In this document: positions 1 to 11,420 of the stretch, one piece after another | Numbering within the stretch: position 1 is the first letter of the stretch | How the letters are laid out: each line of letters starts with the position of its first letter | Assembly (NCBI GenBank): GCA_009103225.1 | Contig: RHPI01000260.1 | Coordinates: 786,317 to 850,316 of the forward strand | DNA: 64,000 nucleotides | Direction of reading: 5' to 3' | Source of the DNA: Chlorokybus atmophyticus | Taxonomy: Eukaryota; Plantae; Mesostigma and Chlorokybus algae | Made by a program: the position numbers and the translations under genes | Notes under the pieces: generated by a model | Database searches by the model: none | What the model was told of the DNA's origin: nothing | Seen by the model: only the letters and a program-made list of their open reading frames with translations

Positions 1-385
1 GTGTTATGCACCATTAGCTAGGTGGCCTTTCATGTTAGGCTTGTGTAATCGGCATCAGGATGAAGCGTATTAGGGCTATTTGGCACACAATGCACTGTTG
101 CTGTGTGCATTAATGCAGTCTGTCCAAACAGTGATGCTGCATCATTGTGCATGCGTCCATCGTGACATTTACCAGAGAACAGATCCATCACAGACACAAA
201 TAAGCGGCAATGAACAACTGTGCTGCTGTGCAAAATACGGTTTGATCTACTGAATGCAACATGCATCCTACAGATATCAAGCATCAGAAACCTACCTGAC
301 CGTCTGATTGACGAAACTTGCTCCACATTGCTTAATCAATGAATTATCAGCTCTAATTGACTGATTGTGAAAATGTGTTTCGCAG

Positions 386-1890
386 CGGTTAGTGCAACCG
401 AGCCTCCTCCCCCTCCACCTTTCTCCCCTCCTCCTCCTCCCCCCTCTCCCTCTCCCCCTCCTCCTCCCCCAACATGGGTGCCCGAACCCGCTCCCGCACC
501 CGCCCCAAATGGTGAGTTGATAACCTCTTTGTTTGTTCTTGTTATATACTCATGAGCTATTTGATCTGTGTGTACTGATGAGTGATTGTGTTGTGTGTTT
601 GCAGCGTCGTGTCCTGATGGGATGATGGTGTGGACCGACGGTGTGAGGTGCGTGTGTCCCTTTGGCTACGAGTACTTCCCTGAGGGCGACAGCATTTGCA
701 AGGGTGAGAGAGCACAACAGTAAAAACAGTGCATAATGCGCTTTAACAGCTTGTTGCCTTCAACACTATATCTGTATGTGGGCCTGATGCTGATGTGTGT
801 GTTGTGGGTGTTGTGTGCACCAGAGCTGGAGTGCCCTGAGGGAACTTCAGTGGCTCAAGACGAGTGGGGCAACTCATTCTGTGCACGTAAGTGCCTCATG
901 TTGGGCAAGCATTGCTTAACAATGCATCGCAGATATTCTAAGGAGTCTCTTGACCCAGAGAACTGTGAGACATGCACACGTGCACGCATAGACACATACA
1001 TACATACTGAAGTGCATGTCGCCCCATTGCCACATTGCAGAGATGCCTTGCGCGCCCGGCACAGTTCAGATCCCGACTGACACCGGCTTCACCTGCGGTC
1101 CACCTCCCGACTTCAAGGGTAAGCCATCTAAACACACAACCACACACTTACACAATACACATTACCACACACACGTCCACAAAAGCAAACCTCACCCGAC
1201 ATATGTTGTCTTATGCAGCGACGTGTCCGTCCAATGTGACGGGCTGCGTTGTGGAGAACTGGTGCGAGACGTGCGACGCGAGCTGCGAGTACTGCCAGGG
1301 TCAGTCTCCCATGTGCGGACCCAACGACTGCTTCACGTGCCCCGAGGACGCCGAACTCACGCTCACCGGCAACCCCATGCGCACGGGATACTGCACGGTT
1401 CCAGGTGTGTATTGTTGTGGGGTATTGTATGTAACAGTGGTAGTATCCGTGTACACACTGGTGTCCACAAGAGAGAGATGCTGATAGACAGGCAGGTCAA
1501 GTTGGTATGCTATACTGAAACAACATGCGTGCACATTGCAGTGCCACCGGTGGCCGTGTTCATCCCCACCTGCCAGGAGGTGAGGTGTTACTGTGGTCTT
1601 GTTGTTGTCACTGTTCTTCTAGGATTAGCCGCACCCACCCGCACACCCACATGCACACCCACCCGCACACATGCATACTTGTACGCGCACACAAGCTGAC
1701 ACTCTCCTTGACGCGTTTCCAGTTCATTTCCGTCCCGAAGAACGCTCAGGCCGGCTTCGCCGACGCCAAGAACGCCCCCAGGCCGCCCTTCAACGGCGAG
1801 ATCACCTGCTCCGTGCTGCCGCCTCCCCCGACGGCGGATGCGCCTCCTCCGACGGCGGATGCGCCTCAGGACCACCGCCGTCGCCGGTAG
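386..1890 (+). CDS. 3' part of a multi-exon Pro-rich/Cys-rich, probably secreted or cell-wall protein (5' end not located)
   Basis: In-frame GT-AG exon chain at about 386-511, 605-703, 824-887, 1040-1118, 1219-1404, 1542-1579 and 1723-1890. It encodes a poly-Pro/SPPPP tract, Cys-rich modules (SCPDGMMVWTDGVRCVCPFGY; CETCDASCEYCQGQSPMCGPNDCFTC) and ends DHRRRR-TAG. Confidence 0.7.
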
Positions 1891-2506
1891 CTGCAAATGG
1901 CGGTTGATGCGTGGAGGACAACAACAGCGACAACGTCAACAATCATACATGTATCATGATGTGCGTAGTCTATAGCTGGCTGCGAAGCCAGTGGTGGTAA
2001 GCTGTGCCTTTAAAGACACTTCTTATGTTCATTTATCCCTTCAGAATAGCCCGATGTCGTGCAATCATTGCTACACCATGTGCTGTAAGTTATGCCTCAA
2101 GAACTTGTGTTAAGTGTTGGCGACAATGTCAAGAGTGACAAAACGACCTTGCTTTGCAGAGCACTGCTGTGCTGCCCAGCAATGCACAGCGTTTGCTGTT
2201 GATTGCGCAACAATCTGCCACATGACACTAACTGCGCTTTGTTGTCGATGTCATTGCACAGATCTGGCCGTTCCAATTACGCACAACCACACATGTATTG
2301 ACACTCTGCTATGACACACACAACTGGTATACAACTAAACGGAATCCCAACAGCACCAGCAAATAATGCCTGCTTGCCAAACTGTCTTTCACCTTATACG
2401 TAATGCTGCTCTAACTGAGTAATTGTAGGAAATCGTGAAGCCAGCCAACGAGTGTAACGCAGATTGTACTTACAACAAAGCTACTTATCAGTTCAATCAA
2501 ACCATA

Positions 2507-4914
2507 CTATACCTGCACTGCTTGCTTTGAACCAATGCTGGCGTCTACTGGAATGTCCACTGGCACGCGCAAGCCATCATAGCTGAGCTGGACGTCGATG
2601 CCCTCCGAATCTCTCAGCGCTTGCAACTGCTCGTTGATGCTGTAATGCTCCATCGTGTGCATCATTCCTGTCAACAGCGTTCTCCTCGGCTGTATCCGCC
2701 GCACCTCATCAAGCGCCTGTGCAGCAGCAAGTACTCAAGCTTGACACACATGAAGAGACGACACCTCACATCACCTCACAACAACATATGCTGCTCTCAC
2801 CTGAGGCAATGCAAAGTGGCTCGCACTTGGTCGATCGGGCCGCAGCGCATCCTGCCATGTCCGCATAGTTCACTGACACCACCATTGCAACCGCATTTGC
2901 TTGACTACCGCTAACAACAAATAGTACTACGTCAATGCTTGGACATGACTCCCTTCTCGCAGTGAGGACTGTTCTCATGCTTACCAGCACCAGCAGGTCG
3001 CAGTCAATGAGCAGTGGTCTTGTCTCATCAGGTATCTTGCTGACGTCGCTGCGGGCCCCAGGTACTTTAGCACAGTGTCCACCACTTGCCTGCCTTGACA
3101 ATTGTCACTTATTCTGCACCAACCAACCTGATGTAGCACACGTTTCCAACCCTATAGCCGTTGGAAATGTATGTTCCGCCATGGAAAACCGGTAGCGGTG
3201 TTATCTGCATTCATCGCGGTAAGGCAATACTTCAGAGCTGGTTACAAAAACAAAAGGCATTGCATGTTGGACAGTGGAATGGCATGCAATCTGCATAAAG
3301 CAATCTGCATGTTCCATCTACCATCCATTACTTTGCGGCCAGAGGAATGCCTACTTGTATACATGAGTGTATACAGGGTCTAAATTGGCCAAGCTTGTGT
3401 GAAGTTTACAGGCAAAGTGAGGGTAATCGCTCACCGTCAAGCCTTCAATCTGAAAGGGCGCGTTGTCGATGGGAATGAAACAGAGCTCGGACACTGCATA
3501 AGAGTGCCACGGTCAACGCAAGCACAATGAACCACCATGACAACAATCAGGCTGACATGCTGCACACCTGCTGTCCCGGCTGTTATCACTGAGGTGTCAA
3601 CCAAGTAGTAGTGCGTCTTTTCCATCACCTGCACGGCCCGTATTAACTATCGTTCCTAACACTGCTGCTCATGGTCTGCTCGAGGTGCAAGTTGATAGGT
3701 CGAGTGGGCTTACCTCAAGATCTTGCATCCTTGCATAAACTGGGACCCGTGGCTGCACATTGTTTGTCCAATCCCGCAGATCATCAAGACCTGTGCCAAT
3801 GCACTGTGATACAATATCTGTCACAACACATAAGCCCGTACTGCCATTGAATCTGCCACGTACCACCTATAGCGTCTGCATGTGCATGTGTCAACACCAC
3901 TGCGTCCAACTCGCGTATCCTGCACAAGGCAACATAATGTCATTTTCCCTATGCAAGCACCTGCAAGTGTAGTGTAGTGTAGTGTAGTTTGCATGCACTT
4001 ACCCGTACAAAGGGAACCATTGCATGGCGCTGTGGTAGAAGAACCTAACGTGCATAAGACGCAACAAGGTAAGAGGTTGCTGGGAGAAGACGCTTATCCA
4101 GCAACTGATACCCTAGACGTTCCAATGACACAATGCAATGCGGACAGCGCAGCGCTATAGCTTCCACGTTCATTGAACAACCAACTAGCTTGAGTCAAAA
4201 CAAGGCAAAGCGAACCTCACTTGCCAGCATCAATGAGTATGTTCCGCCTACGACCGTCAGGGTGTGCATATCTGAACAACACGCTGGTATTGCGCCGCCG
4301 ATTGCGGTTTCCTGGTAGGGTAGCGTCCATGCACACCTGCGTGGGTAACGATGCAATGCTGAGCTGCAGAACAACCAGTAGGTCTGTTTGTTACATGCCT
4401 CTCATTACGAAGGTCACGCAAGCAATGTAGCCTTGCCACTTAATAGAGCGGCAAACACTACGCCACTGCATGCCAACCACTCCGACCCAATCCTGAATTG
4501 GCATGCACAAACACGGAGGCGGACATTATTGCCTACAAAGAGACGGCTCTATGCCTCATGCAAACCGCCAACGCTTGCAAATGATAAACCAACCTGTCAC
4601 AGACAAGGCGCTATCTTCACCTTACATGTCGGCGGTTGCTTGGTCAGGCAACTTACGCGGGGGATGCCCTCACTTGTTCCGGTGCCGATGAAGATGAGCT
4701 CAGACGCATGGCCTGGATCCGCCTGGAAGCTGCTGTTGCTGCTGCTTGTGCTTTCGCAGCGGACAGCTGGGCGCCTGCGGCACGGAGGAATCCATCGTCC
4801 AAGTTCGCCACTGAGCTTCAACGCGGAGGGTAAACTTGTCCGCCTGCTGCATGCAAACCACCTAGAGCAGGGCCTCAAGCCAACGCCCACCGACAACACA
4901 GCCGCCGTCGCCAT
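2507..4914 (-). CDS. PhnP-like metallo-beta-lactamase-fold hydrolase with an N-terminal targeting-like extension, multi-exon
   Basis: Spliced product contains LIFIGTGTSEGIPRVSCL, RRRNTS, ILIDAGK, LTHAHADAIGGLDD (HxHxD metal motif), VFHGG, YISDVS, LVLDALRP and LSYDGLRV. Confidence 0.9.
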
Positions 4915-4925
4915 ATCTCCTTGAG

Positions 4926-5106
4926 CAGTGCATTCAGTGTCGTAATGGCGGGGATTCAGTGACTTGAAGGTGGTGAAGGTCACGTTAAGACCTTGAATGC
5001 GTTCACAGTTCATGAGTCTCCGTGCGTAATGTCGTTCACATCAGCTTAATCAGTGCATTCAGTGTCGTAATTGAGTACACAGCTGGACGTTAAGGCCCTG
5101 AGTGCA
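4926..5106. repeat. Diverged duplication inside the MBL/SDR divergent promoter
   Basis: CAGTGCATTCAGTGTCGTAAT is exact at 4926-4946 and 5051-5071. Each copy is followed by a related ACGTTAAG(A/G)CC(T/C)TGA(A/G)TGC block. Confidence 0.8.
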
Positions 5107-5161
5107 TGTGCTTGGCGAGAAGTTAGCGTCGGCGTCGGTGAGGGCGGGGGCGGCCTCCGTC

Positions 5162-7166
5162 ATGGCGATGGCTGGGAAGGTTGCTGTTGTAACGGGAGCG
5201 AACACGGGCGTAGGGAAGGCGTGCGCTACGGAGCTTGCTGCCGCAGGTGACTCTTGCTTTTACCCACCTTTCACACGCTAATGGACGTGTTGCGCGCAAC
5301 ATCAACAGTTTTGTCAACAGTGCAAGTGACGGCGCGATGATTTTTTTGAACCTTGCTGTTGTCTAAAAGCCGTGCATCGTGCCTTTGGTTGTCGTATGTT
5401 GCGTACTGCAAGAGAATAAATTCCATACGCAGCTGGGGTCGTGATAACAACACAGTGGCCCTGTCATGCACAAAAGCACCTCGCATGTTCTGTACACCAG
5501 CTGTAGATCAAAAGCATCGTAAGCTGCATGCTTTCTGACTGGGGCCGTTGCATGTTTGGCAGGTGCTCATGTAATCATGGCATGCCGCAGCCGCGCGCGT
5601 GCTACACCTGCCAGGGATGCCATCATCGCTGCAACAGGCAACAGCGGTGTAGAAGTCCTTGACCTGGACTTGGCCAAGTTCAGCTCCGTGCGAGACTTTG
5701 CTCGGGAGTTCACGCATGTAAGCATGCTTGCTATCGTGGTATTCATTGATATACGTGGTGCATGTGAATGACGTTGGGCATGTGTGAGTCAAGGCATCTG
5801 TGTCATGTGCGACTATCTGCATTGATCCTGACGCTGTATTCCAATTCCAATAGAACGGGCATGGGTAATTTGGCTCACGTGTCACATGTGTGAATTGTAA
5901 CCACCTTTACCAACGTCTCTGCTCTGCTACCAAGTGCCATAGCCCGGTTGTTCAGTTTGTTTATTGAACACATGTTTGAATGCCAGTCATGTGCAGGGCA
6001 GGCTGAAAGACAAGCCTCTGCACGTGCTTGTGAACAACGCAGGCATTATGACGGGTCAAAAGGAGATGACTGAAGATGGCTATGAGACAACATGGTGAGG
6101 CCATCTTGCAGCAGCTGTCGGGCATCAGCTGTTTTTGTAAAAGCACATGAACCGTGTTTGACACCTAGGCAGGTAAACTTCTTGGCTCCGTTTTTGCTAG
6201 CAAGCTTGCTTCTTCCCAACATCAAGAAGGCGGCGGCTGCAAACAACAATGCTCCTGGCAGCGCTCGCATCGTTTACGTGGTATTCGCTTCCACACACTA
6301 ATACTCAGTCACACGCACGCACGCACGCACGCGTGCTTACGGCGTGTACGTATGTTTTGGTATGTACCACGACAATGAAGCACATCATGAAAAGCACACG
6401 CACATTACTTTCCTGCAGGGATCACGTTTGGAAAAGACTGCGGATCTCAAGGTTCCAGCTGACATCGACCGCCATGCGACAGCAATTCAAGGGTTCTCAA
6501 CGTTTCCCGCGTACGGTGCGTCAAAGCTTGCAGCCACAGCCGCTACATATGAGCTTGCTCGCAGGCTGCAGGACACCAAAGGTGCAGCTGCTTACTTCAA
6601 TATGCAGCCTTGTGGTCTTGTGGGAATGCATAGGAATCCAAGCAATGGTCGAAGCAGCAATTGAACAAGCTTGCGCAATCACTCACCATATTGATCAACA
6701 CAGGGGTGTCTGTAAATGTCGTCACTCCTGGCATGGTCAACACAGAGCTGTCGCGTTACCTCCCGAGCTACTTGCAGGTATATCCAGTCAGTGGCCGACG
6801 CGCACATGTTCATCTGCATGCGCTTGAGCTTGTGATGCACGTTGATGTGTGCCTACCCTACCATTCAGATCCTGACGTGGCCGCTACGATGGGGTCTTCT
6901 GCGCACACCAGCCAAGGGAGGTGAAACGCCCGCATGGCTGGCTATGTCGGACGAACCTGCGGCCACCGTCACGGGCAGGTGTGGAGTGTGTAGAACTGGC
7001 GTTCATTGTTTCCGCAAGCGTTGCAGCTCGTTTGATGCTTCATGTGTGCGGCAGGTACTTCTACGACAAGAAGGAGATTCAGTCAAGTGCGCCGACATAT
7101 GACGCAGAGCTGGCGAGAGAGCTGTGGGCGCGCATTGAGGCAGCTTTGGCCTTGCAAGCAAAGTAG
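5162..7166 (+). CDS. Short-chain dehydrogenase/reductase, retinol dehydrogenase (RDH11/12)-like, multi-exon
   Basis: MAMAGKVAVVTGANTGVG (TGxxxGxG), LDLDLAKFSSVRDFA, LVNNAGIM, WQVNFLAPFLL, YGASKLA (YxxxK), VTPGMVNTEL; ends ALQAK-TAG. Confidence 0.92.
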
Positions 7167-8216
7167 GCCGTTTCTGGTAGCTCGTTCTATACCATGGTGA
7201 TGCAGACATTAATCGACGTATATGATGCGGGTATGCAGTCAACTCCAGGCTACGGGAGTCGCATTAGACCAGCTTGTAATAATATTGCACCTGACGTTTT
7301 GTGTCCTGCAAGCCAACTTCAGAGGTACCAAGATGTTATGCATGAAGCATGCGTTAATCTTTATGTAAGTGTTACACGAATGCACTTATGTAATAGTGAC
7401 GCGTCTCACCTTATAAATTGATACCAGAGCTCTGGGAAGACATAGGCGGGGACTGCTACTGACATAATTTTGCATGCAACATGTCTAAGTGTAAACCACT
7501 TAACTTCACTTAACAAAGCAACTTGTGTGCGTAGGTATAGCAGTTATTCACATGTGTATACACCAACACAAAACCAAACTCATAGCATAAAACTTGGTTT
7601 TAGGGTAGCCCAAGTCCCTAACAAGCACAAAAATGACATCACCATGTACAGAAAGTGCAGAACACCATTGTACAAGCGTAGAGCATATGATACATGACAC
7701 GCTCAATTGTATCGGTATGCTGCAGTAGCTCACACCCCACATCCAATGCCCATCTAAGCTTGCGAAACATGTTGAGATGTATGACTGCAAACGTTGCTTG
7801 TACAAGGTCAAAATGTCTGTCAACAACAATTGGTATAACCAGCTGCGACTGTATGAACTACATTTCTTGCGTGCCTTTACTCCCTGACTATCATGCTTAA
7901 CTACACTCTGTGTACAATTGTGTAAACCGTCATCAACTTTCAAAGTTAGCATGGTCTTCTCCTGGAACTTGCCGCATTCATGCACCCCACTTGCACAACA
8001 GGAGTATCGCATGGCCAGAACAGTCCTACCTGCCTTTGTTTACCTGACATTTGTGTACCACATGTCCAACACACAATGACACAATTGTACACCCACATTC
8101 ATGAAACACCGGTGCCGAACAAAAACAAACACGAGCTTCATCACGAAGGCGCACACAGAGCACCTGTTGAACGCCCAACTACATTTCCCAAAATCTTGGT
8201 ATCTTCTCACCGGATT

Positions 8217-8250
8217 ACCCCTACCCCTACCCCTACCCCTACCCCTACCC
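8217..8250. repeat. (CCCCTA)n / (GGGGTA)n hexamer run
   Basis: About five tandem units just downstream of the C2 gene stop codon. Confidence 0.9.
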
Positions 8251-8310
8251 TTCGAATCAGTATCTACATATGCACACACGAATCACTCTACACAACCCCC
8301 AACTCCTCCC

Positions 8311-9680
8311 TTACTCCCCTCCGTAGTCCCCTCCCCCATCGTCCCCCCCATAATCCCCTCCATCGTCATCCCCTCCAAACAGCAACCCTCCCAGCAGCAG
8401 CCCCCCGCCGAGTCCCGCGAGTCCCGCGCCCATCCCGCCGGGACGACCGCGCTGCTTGCGACCGTGCTGCTGCTGGGCGTAACCGGCCTGGTTGGGGTAC
8501 ACCACCGTGTTGGGAGGGTAGCCGCCGGGAGCACCGTAGGCGCCGGGGTAGCCGGCTTGAGGGTAGCCTTGGGGAGGGTAACCTGGGATAGACGACATAG
8601 ACAACGACAGAGTTTCAGCAGGGAAGTTGACAGAACTGGCACACGTGACAAGTGTTTGTGTGTTTTGTTCAAGCAGTTATATAGCAGGTGGCATGTGGTC
8701 CAGCAGCAGATCGTCAAGCCCAACTTGACAATGACTGATGGATGGCTGGAAGACCTAACAACTGCTCGTGCAAGTGCTACAGTACAGGAGAGAACGGAAG
8801 CATGATACCAGAAAGAGGCCCAGAGCCAACTGTGAGAAGCCATTGAACAAGAGGATTAAACAAGCATGCATAGCATACTTGATAATGTTGATGTGGCCAA
8901 TAACTTGACGACGTCAACAAGCATGACAGATTGACAAGCGTGATTTGCCTCATGGGTGACCAACCTGACACTCCCTGTGCGGGGTACCCCTGGGGGTACC
9001 CCTGGGGATACCCCTGCGCGTAGCCTGCTTGGCTCGATCCCGCAGGCGGCGCAGCATACCCATACGCAGACCGCTGGCTGTAAGGCTCCGGCTCAGGCTC
9101 CGGAAACTTCCCCTCAGTAAATTTCAAAGAAGCAGATAGGTGGCCCTGCTGCTTGCCGTCGCGCTGAGTGATGGGGACTGTGATGAAGTCGGCGCCGTCC
9201 TTGAGAGACTTGTCGAGCTGTAACCTGGTGGAGGGGAGAGCGGATGAGAGGGGAGATGGGGAGTGGGTGAGATGGGTGAATGAGTTGGGGGAATGGGTGT
9301 GAAAGGGGGAAGAGGATAGGAGTGTACCTGGCGGTGCCAAGATGGTCGTCGTTTTTGATCTTGCGCTTGTTGTAAATGTCTATCACGACAACTGTGATGC
9401 CCTTGTCCAAACGCAGCACAATCCTGGTAGCCATTCGATTGAGTATAAGTAGCCACCAATAGAGCTACGACATGCTTGCAGAGTATGACAAACCATGCCA
9501 CACCCACGCATCCACACACCTGTCTTTCCATGATGGTTCTGTGCCCATATCCTGCGCGATGCTGGTTTTCTTCTCCGCGGCCCCCGCCCTGACGATGGCG
9601 TAGGGGTCCATCTTGCCGAAGCGCTCCTTGTCTGGGACGCCACCTGCCCTCAGGCCAGTCACCTCTATGGTACCCTCCAT
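8311..9680 (-). CDS. C2-domain protein with a Gly/Tyr/Pro/Gln-rich tail (SRC2-like), multi-exon
   Basis: MEGTIEVTGLRAGGVPDKERFGKMDPYAIV...GTEPSWK, VIDIYNKRKIKNDDHLGTA, then GYPQGYPQ repeats and GLGGGLLLGGLL...DGGDYGG. Confidence 0.85.
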
Positions 9681-10146
9681 GCTGACACCCCTCCCCCACA
9701 ACAACCTTCTCTTCTGCTCCTCTTTCTGCTTAACCTAACTCGACACGAACACAACCCAGAGCCGCAAAAGCCTGCCTCACGCCAACGCCACCTCCGCCGT
9801 CGCCTACAGACACAGACACAGCCTCAATGCTGTCGCCGCCTACTACTTGACGCCTGTAGCTCTGAGCAGTCACAGCGCACTCTCAACACTTTGTATGAGG
9901 ATTGTGTCACAAATCCCTGAGTGTCGCATCCGTTCCAATGTCAATCAAGCATGTTGATGACTAAGGGCAACGTGGACACGTGGTCGGCTTTAGATTTGAC
10001 GCGCGAACGTTCATGAGAATGTGCTGCCACAGCTTCGAGAGGGCGAGCCTTGTGCGCAGGAGCACAGGGTGCACAAGCCGCACAAAGTGGGACACAGAGA
10101 AAGTTTGAGTGGTGTTGGCGGGGATGTCCTGCAGGGCGGCGGCGAC

Positions 10147-11420
10147 ATGGCCGCCGCCGGTATGAACGTGTTTGTGTACGGCACGCTCCTGGCAGAGGAG
10201 GTGGTGAGCGTGTTGATTGGAAGGACGCCGCCGCAGAGGGTCGCCACCGTGGCCAACTAGTGCGTGAGTGGTCTGCTGGGCTGCATGCCGCATTGTGTCA
10301 AGAAAACTCGCACATGCACAACACCTCGACTCGTATATACTGCAGTTGAATTGTCAATACAACGTTCAATAGTCTGTTGTTGTGTGGGTTTGCCATTTAT
10401 TGGAAGGGGTGAACGGGTGTTGTTGGGCCTCTGCACCAGCGTGCTCAACCTCAATGTGCCCTGTGACTAATAAGCCTGCTTGTTAGTCATAGATATGGGC
10501 TTCGCGGCAGAGTGTACCCGGCGGTGGTGCCAAAGTTGGGAGCAAGCGTAACTGGGAAGGCAAGCAAATGCTGTTTGCTAACGAGGATACTCTCTGTTAG
10601 CGCGTGTGTGTATCATCCCATTTTCAAGTTACTTACTGCATGTATAGTGTCGTCTTGAATGCAACCAAGAAGTAAACAGGACAGCACAGTGGCGCTATGT
10701 TAACACTGTTGCCAGTGCATGTGCAAGGACATCAAGCCATCACTCCCATCTGCAGGTGTTATTCGGTGTAACGCCGCGCGAGCTGCGTGTCTTCGATGCA
10801 TTCGAAGATGTTGAGTACACTACGCATCAAGTGGCAGCACAGACCGCGGTAAGGTCATGCAGAAAACAGCACTGTTGGTAAAGCATGTACTGCAAGCTGG
10901 CACATGGCCAGCGTGTATGACAGACAATGTGCGGAGGTCGCGGGGAGGAGGCTTGCATGCATTATGATGCGTGTACACGCCTGCGCACCTGCGTGTGCAC
11001 GTTTATACGCGCCCTCGTTTTGGTGCTTGCATAAGCATTGACACCGCACATCCTTCAATTGCTACCCGGATGCATGAGCCAACACATCACTACTTGTACG
11101 TACTGCACGTCCGACGTGCAGTACGTACAAGTAGTTACATATTCTGCATCACAGGCTGATATTGCCGCAACTACTGAGCCAACAGACGACAATAATGCCC
11201 TTGTGAGCGCCAATCTGTACGTTTGGGCCAACCCAGCAGACCCGTCACTGCATGGGACATGGGATTATCAGGTACGTGTGTATTGCATGCGCCCCGACCA
11301 CTCTCATCCTTCGGTTGTTTGCTTATACACATCGGTTTCTATTGGCAGATGTTTCGGGAGCAGCATCTTGACGATTACCTCAAGATGGTGCGTGCGTTTG
11401 CGTCGGAGTTGTCCGTGTGA
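10147..11420 (+). CDS. AIG2-like gamma-glutamylcyclotransferase family protein, 5 exons
   Basis: NVFVYGTLLAEEVV, YHRYGLRGRVYPAVVP, TGKVLFGVTPRELRVFDAFEDVEY, LYVWAN, WDYQMFREQHL; TGA stop. Confidence 0.9.
10560..10755 (+). other. GC-AG intron in the AIG2-like gene
   Basis: Donor AAG|GCAAGC and acceptor CTGCAG|GTG. Splicing gives the family-typical VTGK|VLFG junction. Confidence 0.75.

Noticed and set aside
4926-5071. CRISPR-like repeat (also considered for 56101-56395)
   Set aside because: There are only two copies, or short irregularly spaced motifs, with no cas genes, in a eukaryotic context.
10258-10260. In-frame TAG in the AIG2 gene suggesting TAR-to-Gln recoding
   Set aside because: It is a splice artefact (TA|GTGCGT donor). 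Several genes end in TAG (SDR, MltB, Cys-rich gene), consistent with the standard code.
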